Source of the DNA: Leptospiraceae bacterium | GTDB taxonomy: Bacteria; Spirochaetota; Leptospiria; Leptospirales; Leptonemataceae | Reading direction: 5' to 3' | Length of the DNA: 64,000 nt | Assembly: GCA_040217195.1 (NCBI GenBank) | Contig: JAVJNR010000005.1 | Location: forward strand, 1-64,000 | Shown here: positions 41,350-50,955 of the stretch, piece after piece | Layout of the letters: each line of letters starts with the position of its first letter | How positions within the stretch are numbered: the first letter of the stretch is position 1 | Notes under the pieces: model-generated | Databases searched by the model: none | What the model was told of the DNA's origin: nothing | What the model saw: only the letters and a program-made list of their open reading frames with translations | Made by a program: the position numbers and the translations under genes

Positions 41350-42297
41350 TTGTCATTTTACTATCTATTCATTGATGGGATTGGTCTGGGAGAACCCGGC
41401 CCCGAAAATCCTTTCCATACGCATTCCCGCACTCTGTTTCAGCATCTTGCGGGTAAAGAACCTGACGATGAGATTTCCCGGCAGTTCATATGCATTCCTG
41501 CAGATGCCCATATGGGCTTTTCTGGATTACCTCAGTCTGCCACCGGCCAGACCAGCCTGTGGACCGGAATGAACGGTCCAGCTTCCATGGGAAGGCATAT
41601 GACAGGCTTCCCGGGCCCCACCCTCATCCGAGTCATTGAAGAATACTCCATGATCAAGCTGCTTACAGATTCCGGTCGAAAAGCAGCACTGCTAAACGGT
41701 TATTCCCAGGCGTATCTGGATCGCATAGAAAAGAAACCTCGTCTTAGAAGTGCTTCCACCCATGTACATCGAGTGTCCGGGCAGGAGTTGTTCTTGCTCG
41801 ATGATGTAGCGGAAGGTCGGGCTCTTTATATGGATATAAACCATCAATTCTTACATCGTTTTTATCCGGACTATGCCCATCGACTGCCCCTGGCAGATCC
41901 GCGGGAAAGGGGTCGCCAGTATGTAAAGATTGGAAGAGATTACGATCTAGTTTTATTTGAATACTTTCTTACGGATAAGGCGGGTCATAACCAGTCCATG
42001 GAAGAGGCAGCCATGACAATTCAGCTTCTGGAACCCTTTATTGAAGGTATTCTTGAGCAGATGGACCCGGCCACCGATACCCTGGTTATCAGCTCCGATC
42101 ATGGTAACCTGGAGGATCTGAGCACTAAATCCCATACAAACAACAAAGTACCTGTCTTCCTGGCCGGCGCCCATGCGCAGGCCATGTCTTCAGAAATTGA
42201 AACTCTATATGATATTCCCCGGGCCATCTACAGGGCCATGGACTTTTCTGCCAACCTACCCCATCCGGAAGCCATGGCTTCTGCTGCACCCGGCTAG
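41350..42297 (+). CDS. Alkaline-phosphatase-superfamily metalloenzyme (iPGM/phosphopentomutase-like)
   Basis: IDGIGLG, PQSATGQT, DKAGH, SSDHGN, HTNNKVP; AAGGAG SD. Confidence 0.88.
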   Translation: MSFYYLFIDGIGLGEPGPENPFHTHSRTLFQHLAGKEPDDEISRQFICIPADAHMGFSGLPQSATGQTSLWTGMNGPASMGRHMTGFPGPTLIRVIEEYSMIKLLTDSGRKAALLNGYSQAYLDRIEKKPRLRSASTHVHRVSGQELFLLDDVAEGRALYMDINHQFLHRFYPDYAHRLPLADPRERGRQYVKIGRDYDLVLFEYFLTDKAGHNQSMEEAAMTIQLLEPFIEGILEQMDPATDTLVISSDHGNLEDLSTKSHTNNKVPVFLAGAHAQAMSSEIETLYDIPRAIYRAMDFSANLPHPEAMASAAPG

Positions 42298-42442
42298 GAA
42301 CACCATCCGGCCGTAGCGTTGCGTCTGTAACAGGTGATAGACACGGCAGGTTTTTCAGAAGTCGGGTATTGACGCTAAAGCAGATTTATTTAAAGAATTG
42401 AAGAATTACTTTATTTTTTTAAGGGCTCAGAATCAATAGTCT

Positions 42443-43483
42443 ATGCTCCTGCGCCTCCCTCTCTGCCTGCTGTTGATAAGCTTGTTCGTTTCCAGCGTTT
42501 ACGCAGACTCTGTGGAATTGGAACTAGGCATGGGTGGCAGTTACTATGAGCCCGGCCTACCTCGTAGATTGATAGAAGATGCGGCCATTCAAGAATCCTT
42601 CAGCCCTTACAGTATCTCTTTTCCCGGCACAACACAGATAGAAACAAGCTCAGCACTGTTTAGCTTTGGTCAGCTGGATCTATACTCCAATGATTTTATT
42701 TTTTCCCTGTTCTTTCGAAATCATTATCCCAGGGTAACAGGTACCTACTTCATCCCCGGCACCAATGGGATTCTGCTGGGAGTGAATAATTATGATATCG
42801 AGGATAGGGTTCAGGGGGTTGGATTCAGTCATATATTCTATGCATTGAATGATCGTCTGAGATTCATTCCTGGTTATGGATTCATTGGATATTCCCAGTA
42901 CATGAAATTCAAGGGTAATGCTCTATCTATAATCAATTCCACCTCTCCTGCCACGGTTCAATATGGGAGAGATCAAACCGATAACGGACGCACAAGTACT
43001 ACCTCTGCCTTTATTGGACTGGGCATAGAATTCGATTTCAGTGAAACGATAAGACTGAAAAGTCAGATCAGATATATGCCACTGTCCAGCGGGGACTTTA
43101 CACTCAATATGCAATCCTATATAAGGGAAACCTCTCCTACCAGTGGAGGCACCACCGTCAGTCTTCTGGGCTTCCAGGTAATGAACGGCAAAGCCATGCA
43201 TTCTCTTTTCGATATTGATACCAAAATTCAATATGCATTGAGTGATTACGTGCAATTCAATGTAGGCTTTCGCTATGAAAGGATTGGAAGTAAATATAGC
43301 CCCAACGCCTTTTATGCGCCTTTCAATGCAACCGTTCAAGACAATTCCGGAACCACCAATGGATTCTTGCTACTGTATAGCTTTGAAGCGCTGACCGATG
43401 AAAGAGTCTATCAACCTCTGGGTCAAAATCTGGGAACTGCCTATTTCTCGATTACTTTTCGCACAGAGAGGACCAACATATGA
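42443..43483 (+). CDS. Putative outer-membrane beta-barrel protein
   Basis: Signal peptide, amphipathic strands, terminal AYFSITFR. Confidence 0.72.
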   Translation: MLLRLPLCLLLISLFVSSVYADSVELELGMGGSYYEPGLPRRLIEDAAIQESFSPYSISFPGTTQIETSSALFSFGQLDLYSNDFIFSLFFRNHYPRVTGTYFIPGTNGILLGVNNYDIEDRVQGVGFSHIFYALNDRLRFIPGYGFIGYSQYMKFKGNALSIINSTSPATVQYGRDQTDNGRTSTTSAFIGLGIEFDFSETIRLKSQIRYMPLSSGDFTLNMQSYIRETSPTSGGTTVSLLGFQVMNGKAMHSLFDIDTKIQYALSDYVQFNVGFRYERIGSKYSPNAFYAPFNATVQDNSGTTNGFLLLYSFEALTDERVYQPLGQNLGTAYFSITFRTERTNI

Positions 43484-44190
43484 AATTCTGGTACCCATTC
43501 GCAATAATCCTGGTATCACTGTTGGTGCTCAATAACTGTCTGAGCTTTTCTCTATTTCCTCTGGCCAGAAGCATTAAGGTGGAAACCAATCCATCCGGCG
43601 CAAAGGTAGAAATCTTTGATGAAAGAGAGTTAATCGAAGAGATCATTACTCCCGGCCGATTCTATCTATTCAAAGACCGAAACCTGACAATGATAATCAG
43701 CAAACCAGGTTATCGCTCAACAACAGCGGACATTCGCTTCAAATACAGTGGTGTAAGGGTAGGTCTGGCAGCCATCAGTGGAATTGCTTGCTTGATGATA
43801 CCTGCAGGAGTGGATTTCTTTTCCGGAGTCATGCGTGTTCCCAGAAAACAGGTTCATACAATCACTCTGGAGCCTTTAAAAGAAGGCGAAGAAGAAATCC
43901 AGTTTGATGTACTGTTACAGGAAGATGGTACGGTTCTGGTTCACTCCGCCGACAGGGAATCTCATTTAATAGAAGGATCCAGTACCATCCCATTTCATAA
44001 TTCTCAGTATTTTGATTTCGTTCGGGCTCATTCCATCCATGGATGCAGCGGCCCGGGCCACACACTCAGTAAGAGCATACCGGGTCTCACCATTAAATAT
44101 GTGTCCCGGTCAGGTAGACTTTCGATTCCGCTTTACTGGCCAGGGCCGAAAACCAACCCTGATGCATGTCCAGTTCATTCTACAGCCTGA
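43480..44190 (+). CDS. PEGA-like lipoprotein
   Basis: VLNN-C; VETNPSGAKV and ISKPGY motifs; ATGA overlap. Confidence 0.72.
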   Translation: MKFWYPFAIILVSLLVLNNCLSFSLFPLARSIKVETNPSGAKVEIFDERELIEEIITPGRFYLFKDRNLTMIISKPGYRSTTADIRFKYSGVRVGLAAISGIACLMIPAGVDFFSGVMRVPRKQVHTITLEPLKEGEEEIQFDVLLQEDGTVLVHSADRESHLIEGSSTIPFHNSQYFDFVRAHSIHGCSGPGHTLSKSIPGLTIKYVSRSGRLSIPLYWPGPKTNPDACPVHSTA

Positions 44191-45209
44191 CTACAGATGT
44201 AATTCTGTCCGCTGTAGACAATGCAGGATTCAATACCAGCGGACACTGCCTGGCCCTGAACAGTCTTGAAAACCGGGTGTACGATCTCAAGCTGGAAGAC
44301 GATTCCCATGTTATCGCAAAATTCTACCGACCGGATCGATGGAGCGAAGAGCAGATCCTGGCCGAACACAGTTTCCTGTTCGAGCTTCAAACCGAAGAAA
44401 TACCGGTCTGTGCCCCCCTGCGATTTGCAGACGGAAATTCACTGAAAGAAAGGGATGGGATTTACTTTGCCATCTGGCCCCGAACCGGGGGCCGCATGCC
44501 AGATGAATTTACCGACGAAGAATTGAGGCAATTGGGCCGCTTCATTGCCAGAATTCATAACATAGGCGCTCGTCAGCCGGCTTCCCATCGGATCAGCATG
44601 AATGAGCAAACATTCGGTCTGGATCCATTGAATTATCTGTTGGATGGTAATTTTTTGCCGGATCATGTTGCAACAGCCTACGCAGATCTGGTACAGGAGT
44701 TATGCGAAATCTATGTATCCTTGAGTGAGGATGTAGCGGAGATCAGAATCCACGGAGATGCCCATGGAGGAAACCTGCTTCGAGGCGCAGAAGGATGGTT
44801 CTTTCTGGATTTTGATGATTTTGTAAATGGGCCGCCGGTGCAGGATATCTGGCTTCTGGCCGGCCAGCAGGGCCTGGAAGGTATGCGAAATCGTTCTATT
44901 TTGCTGGAAGGGTACAGACAATTCCGAGAATTTCCCGACTCCTGGCTTTCACTGGTGGAGCCGCTTCGAGCTTTACGGTTTGTTCACTATTCCTCCTGGA
45001 TTGCACGACGATTCGAAGATCCAGCATTTCCCGCAGCCTTTCCTCATTTTGGATCGGAGGAGTACTGGGAGAATGAATTACATGATCTGCAAGAGCAGCT
45101 GCGAATCATTAAAGAAGGAGCTACTGAAACCGAGCACCAGCAAGAGAATGAAAGTGCAGCGGAACAGGAAATGACAAATAAAGATTTCTTCTGGGACTGG
45201 GAAGACTAA
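44166..45209 (+). CDS. srkA: Stress response kinase SrkA/RdoA (YihE)
   Basis: LNSLENRVY, AKFYRPDRWS, IHGDAHGGN, DFDD, GPPVQDIW. Confidence 0.93.
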   Translation: MSSSFYSLTTDVILSAVDNAGFNTSGHCLALNSLENRVYDLKLEDDSHVIAKFYRPDRWSEEQILAEHSFLFELQTEEIPVCAPLRFADGNSLKERDGIYFAIWPRTGGRMPDEFTDEELRQLGRFIARIHNIGARQPASHRISMNEQTFGLDPLNYLLDGNFLPDHVATAYADLVQELCEIYVSLSEDVAEIRIHGDAHGGNLLRGAEGWFFLDFDDFVNGPPVQDIWLLAGQQGLEGMRNRSILLEGYRQFREFPDSWLSLVEPLRALRFVHYSSWIARRFEDPAFPAAFPHFGSEEYWENELHDLQEQLRIIKEGATETEHQQENESAAEQEMTNKDFFWDWED

Positions 45210-45787
45210 TCGGCGCGAAAGGATCTAAATTGCTTTCTTTCGTAACCCGATTCTACTGCCTTCTGGAATATTTTTTCAAGTGTAGCATCGCTTAAGGATT
45301 GGCGTGCCAGAATCCATCCATATTTTCGCTGAGGCTCGCCTACCAGGGCCCACTGATATTGATTGTCTTGCACTGGTCCAAGAGCAAGAATGTAATAGTT
45401 ACCGTCTCCAATGCCCAATGCACGTAATAACCATATTCCGGTGAAGTTGACTCTCAGGCGACTGTTTCCGGTGTCTTCCACAACTTCGGCAAGTCCCAGC
45501 ACTTCCTCCGGGCCTGATTGTCTCTGACATCGATTCCGAACCACTATCTTTCCATCCTTGCGCATTCGATAGATGGCAGTCGTATCTTTGCATGGATCTT
45601 CGCCGTCCTGAAAACGATTGGGAATTCGGTATATCTCTTTCCAGGTGCCCAGATAGTGTGTGAGCTGCACTGAGTCTACGGTTTGCAACGGTTGCCTTTC
45701 CGAGCCTGTAGTGCACCCAGAGAATGCAAGCAGGCTGGAAAGGAACAATAGTAAAATTGAATTAGAAGTTATTACAATTGGTTTCAT
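45206..45787 (-). CDS. blc: Bacterial lipocalin (Blc-like lipoprotein)
   Basis: AFSG-C; YLGTWKEIYR, YYILAL, YGWILAR; ORF extends to 45808. Confidence 0.88.
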   Translation of the reverse strand: MKPIVITSNSILLLFLSSLLAFSGCTTGSERQPLQTVDSVQLTHYLGTWKEIYRIPNRFQDGEDPCKDTTAIYRMRKDGKIVVRNRCQRQSGPEEVLGLAEVVEDTGNSRLRVNFTGIWLLRALGIGDGNYYILALGPVQDNQYQWALVGEPQRKYGWILARQSLSDATLEKIFQKAVESGYERKQFRSFRAD

Positions 45788-46048
45788 TTTTTCGATTTCT
45801 GAATACAATGTTGCATACCCTGATTTAGATTTCTTTACAGAACACCGGATCTAAAGACTCTACTTTGAAATGAGAGAATCATCAGAATTCTATTCATCCA
45901 GGTCCCATCCATGGATTTTTGCGGGCTTCTAGAATTTCAATGCCGGTCCAGACATTCGACCTGACCGGGTTCAATCTAATAACTTTGCTTATCTCTGGCC
46001 AGACCGGGAATTACTTCACTGAACCGATTCTAAAGACCGGGCTGCAAG

Positions 46049-46765
46049 TCAGAAGTACCGAATTCCCTGTTCCTTGAGCTCCTTTTCACGCTCCTTCCAA
46101 TCCGGCATGAACCGATCCATAAAAGAATAGAATCTCTGATTGTGCAGTCGCTCCTTTAAATGAACCATCTCATGTACCAGTATCGCTTCTACACAATCAT
46201 CACTCATCCTGGCTAACTCCAGGTTTAGCCAGATTCTATGAGTTCGAACGTTGCAGGAGCCCCAGAGGGTTTTCATTTTTCGCACGCCCCTGGCCTGGAC
46301 TTTTACAGATAATTTTTTTTCCCAGAATGGAATTCGATCATCCATGAAGTCTTTCAATCTAGATCTATAGAGTCCATCCAGAGTACCCTGGATCCTATCT
46401 TTTTGCCCTTCCATGGATTCTGGAATTACAATTCTGGATCCAATCACTGCGGCCCGATTCACATCAGCAAAAGACAGTCTGTATTTCTTTCCCTGTAGAT
46501 AATGAGTCTCACCTGCATTGTATTCAGGTTCAGGAATAAACGTCGCGGATTCAAGACGCTTCTTTTGCTTATGAATCCAGGACAGTCGTTTCTCTATGTA
46601 CTCTTGAATATCCGCTCGCTTTAGATGCAAGGGAGCAGCAATACGAACCCGGCCATCCGGAGGATACACAGTGAACCGAATACTTCTCATGGACTTCTGC
46701 ACAATGTGCATATTGATGCCGTCCATTTCGATTGTGTATTTCTTTTCCTTTCTACGACCTGCCAT
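46049..46765 (-). CDS. YgjP/DUF45 (M48-like) metallopeptidase-domain protein
   Basis: MKTLWGSC, LNLEL, VHEMVHL...HNQRFY. Confidence 0.93.
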   Translation of the reverse strand: MAGRRKEKKYTIEMDGINMHIVQKSMRSIRFTVYPPDGRVRIAAPLHLKRADIQEYIEKRLSWIHKQKKRLESATFIPEPEYNAGETHYLQGKKYRLSFADVNRAAVIGSRIVIPESMEGQKDRIQGTLDGLYRSRLKDFMDDRIPFWEKKLSVKVQARGVRKMKTLWGSCNVRTHRIWLNLELARMSDDCVEAILVHEMVHLKERLHNQRFYSFMDRFMPDWKEREKELKEQGIRYF

Positions 46766-46937
46766 GCAACAATTCCAGTCTAGCAGAGACTATTTCCGGG
46801 TAAAGCCATTATATCCCACCGCCGTTTTCGCTTTTTAGTTGATACCTGACGATGGTTGCTTCTCACTTCCATCAAAGCACAAGCATCTATGCCATCATTT
46901 CAAATACCAAAACTCTGGCAGGTGCAACGGGGATTCT

Positions 46938-48797
46938 ATGGAAATCAATTCTGCAACATTAAAACAGGTGGAACTATTCCGTGCCCTTCCAGACCAGGAA
47001 TTGAACTCCCTGGCCGGACATTTTGAGTTATGCGAGTTTCAGAAAGGGGATTACCTGTTCAAACAGGGCGAAGTGCGGCAGGCATTATTCTTTATTCAGG
47101 AAGGGGAGATAGATCTGATCGATGAAACTCTGGGTTTGGAGAAGATTTATGTGACCAGCGGCCCCGGAACCATCCTGGGAGAACCAATACTGATTGAGGA
47201 AGGCAAACATGCCCTGGGCGGTAGAGCACGTTCTGAGGGCCGCTACGGAAAGCTGGATGTGGTAACGATTCGAAAGATTCGAAAAGACGACCCTCATCTA
47301 TTTGGGGAGCTGGTTCTTTCTCTCAGCAAGGTTCTGGCTCGCAGGCTGGCCTATGCCAATCGAGGTAATCGAGGTATCTCAGCGGACTTTCGAACCGGTG
47401 AAACCAGGATGGAACATGATCTGATTGGCGACAGGGAGGTGCCTCATAATGTTCTCTGGGGTGTTCAAACCCTGAGGGCCATGGAAAACTTTTCCATAAG
47501 CGGCGTACGCCTGGACCATTTTCCTGAATTCATTGAATCCCTGGCAGATATAAAAGCAGCCTGCGCCGTGGCGAACAATGAACTGGGCAATCTGGATGAT
47601 GAAAAAATGAAAGTTATCATTCAGGCCTGCGATGAGCTCTGCCGCGGAATGTGGCACAGTCATTTCATGGTAGATATGATCCAGGGCGGAGCAGGTACCA
47701 GTACCAACATGAATGCCAACGAGGTGATCACGAACCGGGCTCTCATGCTCATGGGCAAAGAAAGGGGCGATTACAAATCTTTGCATCCGAATAACCATGT
47801 GAATATGAGCCAGTCCACAAACGATGTGTACCCCTCCTCTATCAAAGTTACTCTTCTACGAATGATGAATCGCTTACTTACAGAAGTGCGCAGTCTTTCC
47901 GATTCATTCGCAGACAAGGGAAAGGAGTTCAAAGATGTAATTAAGATGGGTCGAACCCAGCTGCAGGATGCAGTTCCCATGACCCTGGGTCAGGAATTCC
48001 AAGCATGGTCATTGATGATTCGAGACGGGGGAGAAAGGATCGAACTGGCTCGAAGACCCTTGAGTCAGCTCAATATGGGCGGTACTGCCATTGGTACCGG
48101 AATCAATACTCATCCGGAGTATACTGCAAAAGTCATTAAAGAGCTATCAAGAAGAACGGGACTTCAGCTTACTACTTCACTGGACCTGATTCAGGGTACT
48201 CAGGACACCTCTGGATTTGTGGAGCTGGCTGGCGTACTGAAGATGCTGGCTGTGCGACTTTCTAAAATATGTAACGATCTCAGATTGCTTTCCAGCGGTC
48301 CCAGGTGCGGACTAAATGAAATCAATCTGCCCGCTGTACAACCGGGCTCCAGCATCATGCCCGGAAAAGTCAATCCAGTGATTCCAGAAGTAGTCAATCA
48401 AGTAGCCTTTCAGGTAATCGCACTGGATAATGCAGTCGCTCTGGCCAGCGAAGGCGGTCAGCTGGAACTAAATGTATTTGAACCAATTATCGCATACGAT
48501 CTGTTCACTTCTATAGAGATGCTAACCAATGCTATGTCCACTCTCAGGGAAAGATGCATTAAAGGGATTACAGCCAATCCAGAAGTTTGCCTTCGAATGG
48601 TAAATAATAGCATTGGAATCGTAACGGCTCTGAATCCGCATCTGGGATATGAGAAAACATCGGCTCTGGCAAGGGAAGCTCTGGAAACCGGCCGGTCCCT
48701 GGGAGAGCTGGTTCTGGAAAAAGGCTATATGACCCGGGAAAAATTAGATGAGGTACTGAGTCCGGCCAATATGATTCGTCCATCGATGAATCTATAA
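46938..48797 (+). CDS. aspA: Aspartate ammonia-lyase with an N-terminal cNMP-binding (CRP-like) domain
   Basis: QGGAGTSTNMNANEV, SQSTND, GRTQLQDA, GSSIMPGKVNP; N-terminal LF..L...EL, LFKQGE, LGE. Confidence 0.93.
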   Translation: MEINSATLKQVELFRALPDQELNSLAGHFELCEFQKGDYLFKQGEVRQALFFIQEGEIDLIDETLGLEKIYVTSGPGTILGEPILIEEGKHALGGRARSEGRYGKLDVVTIRKIRKDDPHLFGELVLSLSKVLARRLAYANRGNRGISADFRTGETRMEHDLIGDREVPHNVLWGVQTLRAMENFSISGVRLDHFPEFIESLADIKAACAVANNELGNLDDEKMKVIIQACDELCRGMWHSHFMVDMIQGGAGTSTNMNANEVITNRALMLMGKERGDYKSLHPNNHVNMSQSTNDVYPSSIKVTLLRMMNRLLTEVRSLSDSFADKGKEFKDVIKMGRTQLQDAVPMTLGQEFQAWSLMIRDGGERIELARRPLSQLNMGGTAIGTGINTHPEYTAKVIKELSRRTGLQLTTSLDLIQGTQDTSGFVELAGVLKMLAVRLSKICNDLRLLSSGPRCGLNEINLPAVQPGSSIMPGKVNPVIPEVVNQVAFQVIALDNAVALASEGGQLELNVFEPIIAYDLFTSIEMLTNAMSTLRERCIKGITANPEVCLRMVNNSIGIVTALNPHLGYEKTSALAREALETGRSLGELVLEKGYMTREKLDEVLSPANMIRPSMNL

Positions 48798-48991
48798 AGA
48801 ACTACAAAGCGAAAATGAATTTCTACGGCAGCAAACCGGTTGCACTGTAATTACGCTTCGCTGCGAAGAAGAACATTCTGATCGGTAGAGATGATTTTTC
48901 GCAGCGGAGTTTTGAACTCAAAGAGCAGGTCCGGAAAGCGGAGTCCGGGACTTCACTGAAGCTAGAAGGTGGCAACTGGATTGTATTTGGA

Positions 48992-50089
48992 TTAACTTCC
49001 CTGAACCACTGCTTTGTACAAATCCACCTGGCTCTGGCGAATCCCGGCTCGTCCGGAAACAATCGCTTCTTTTGAGAATTCCAGAGCTTTAGACTGGTTC
49101 TTTTGATAGTAGGCCACAAATTGCTTATCTTCCAGGGCAATATGATTGGTAAGCCATTGCCTTAGATCGTTTACCATGGTAGCCGCAGCCCTGGGATTGC
49201 CACTTTCGAAATCCTTTTTTCGGTCCTGCACAAACTGTTCAAATTTCTTATGCCTCACGGTATGGCCGGGCTTGTCTTCATAGCCCAGGATATCCATGAG
49301 TTCTTCCTCTGTGCGAAAGTGTACATCTATGTAGCTTACCGCTTCATCGATGGTTCTGGAAAGTACAGCCTGACGTGTCAGCGGAGATTCATTCATGGCC
49401 TCATCCATATCCACAATCATCTTGATGAGCCAGAGATGCTGAATGTCAATGATGGGAACTCCAATTTTTAGATTCAGTCGGTTCCAGAGAGAGGAAATCT
49501 CCTTGAGCACTTCCGGCGTAGTCACCGAAATTCCTTTATTCCTGGAAATCGTATCTAGCAATTGCCACTGACTTTCCGTAATCAGCCCCTCTTTTGCCGC
49601 AGAGATCTCCATGAATTTATTGGCCTGGTCCAGAAGCTTTCTTCGCTTCAGAAAATCTGCGTATTTTCTATCTTCTCCTACGATATGATGGATAAGCCAT
49701 TGCCGTAAAAATCGATACAGCTTTTCCGCTTCCTTTCGGCTTGAAACACCTTGCTGGCTCAGTATTCTTTCCAGGGCCTCCCGAAATTTTTCATGAGCCC
49801 GGATATGGGCCGCCTCTTCCGAGAAATGGTATTCATGGAATAATTTCTCTTCTGCCTCAAAGTGCACCTGGGCGTATTCACCGGCCTGCTGCACCACCTG
49901 GTGAAATCTTTCGGGAACTGCCTGAGGATTATGATGTAGAACCCATTCTAGCTCCAGCACCAGAGCCACCAGCCAGGCATGCTGAGCATCAATGCCCCGA
50001 ATGCCCAGACCAAGGTCCAGATGCTTCCAGAGAGCTGCAGCTCGCTCCACAACTACAGAGTCCATGCTCTGCGGAAAAGAAACCGACAT
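48992..50089 (-). CDS. Tandem two-domain bacteriohemerythrin
   Basis: Two full sets of IDxQH / HFxxEE / HxxxH / WLxxHIxxED. Confidence 0.92.
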   Translation of the reverse strand: MSVSFPQSMDSVVVERAAALWKHLDLGLGIRGIDAQHAWLVALVLELEWVLHHNPQAVPERFHQVVQQAGEYAQVHFEAEEKLFHEYHFSEEAAHIRAHEKFREALERILSQQGVSSRKEAEKLYRFLRQWLIHHIVGEDRKYADFLKRRKLLDQANKFMEISAAKEGLITESQWQLLDTISRNKGISVTTPEVLKEISSLWNRLNLKIGVPIIDIQHLWLIKMIVDMDEAMNESPLTRQAVLSRTIDEAVSYIDVHFRTEEELMDILGYEDKPGHTVRHKKFEQFVQDRKKDFESGNPRAAATMVNDLRQWLTNHIALEDKQFVAYYQKNQSKALEFSKEAIVSGRAGIRQSQVDLYKAVVQGS

Positions 50090-50149
50090 TTGATCCAGAT
50101 TCTGCGGCCCCGGCCCTCTGAAAAGTCACTATTTCTTATTAAAACTCGC

Positions 50150-50178
50150 TTGTCGCAACTATAGGTTCCAGCTATACT
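50150..50178 (+). promoter_or_regulatory. sigma70 promoter for the CBS gene
   Basis: TTGTCG-N17-TATACT. Confidence 0.6.
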
Positions 50179-50305
50179 TGGACTACCTACCCCCGAGTCC
50201 TTCCGGGCTGGATTCGATCCAGACGCCTGGAATCCACAAAGCGATCGGGCTTTTCCCGGGCCACTCTTCGCTTTAAATGCAGGGATCACTAGCAAGGAGG
50301 AACTT

Positions 50306-50767
50306 ATGAGAGCTACAAGCTACACCCCTAAATTCGAAGAGCCGGTCAAAGAGTACCGGATCAAGAAGGTGGAGGATTACATGGCACGAAATGTAATTAC
50401 CTTCAGCCCCTCTATGAGTGTTTATGCGGCTATCCAGGTGCTACTGAAAAACAAAATTGCAGGCGGTCCGGTCATCGATGAAAAGGGCGAATTGGTAGGT
50501 ATCCTTTCCGAGAAAGACTGTCTGCGACTTTTAACCGTAGAAACCTATCACCATTTACCCAACCATGAAGTTGGAGAATACATGTCTACTCAGATAGAAA
50601 GCATTAGTGCAGATGCAAGTGTAGTGGATGCCGCTGAAAGATTCCGTACCGAGTCCTTTCGCCGACTGCCGGTATTGCGAAACGGAAAACTGGTGGGTCA
50701 GATCAGTCGGCGGGATTGTCTGCGAGCCATTGTGGATGAAAAGTCCGCCCAGGATAAGCAAAGCTAG
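50306..50767 (+). CDS. Stand-alone CBS-pair protein
   Basis: VEDYMARNV, GELVGILSEKD, RRLPVL..GKLVGQISRRD; AAGGAGG SD. Confidence 0.95.
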   Translation: MRATSYTPKFEEPVKEYRIKKVEDYMARNVITFSPSMSVYAAIQVLLKNKIAGGPVIDEKGELVGILSEKDCLRLLTVETYHHLPNHEVGEYMSTQIESISADASVVDAAERFRTESFRRLPVLRNGKLVGQISRRDCLRAIVDEKSAQDKQS

Positions 50768-50955
50768 CTACATCTATAAAGATTCTACTGGCTGGATGCC
50801 GGGGCCATTGAATCTGCAGAAATGGGCTGAATTGGCCCTTTCGTTTTCCAGGATGCCAGCCCGTAGTGGTCTATGAAAATGCGATGGATTCGCAGATTCA
50901 GCCGGATCTTAAATTATCTGTTGAATCCTTAGGGCCTGGCAAAGGCCGTTGTAGG

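Noticed and set aside
45960..46045. Three GACCGGG motifs spaced about 33-39 bp apart
   Set aside because: Only 7 bp are shared; too short for CRISPR repeats or iterons
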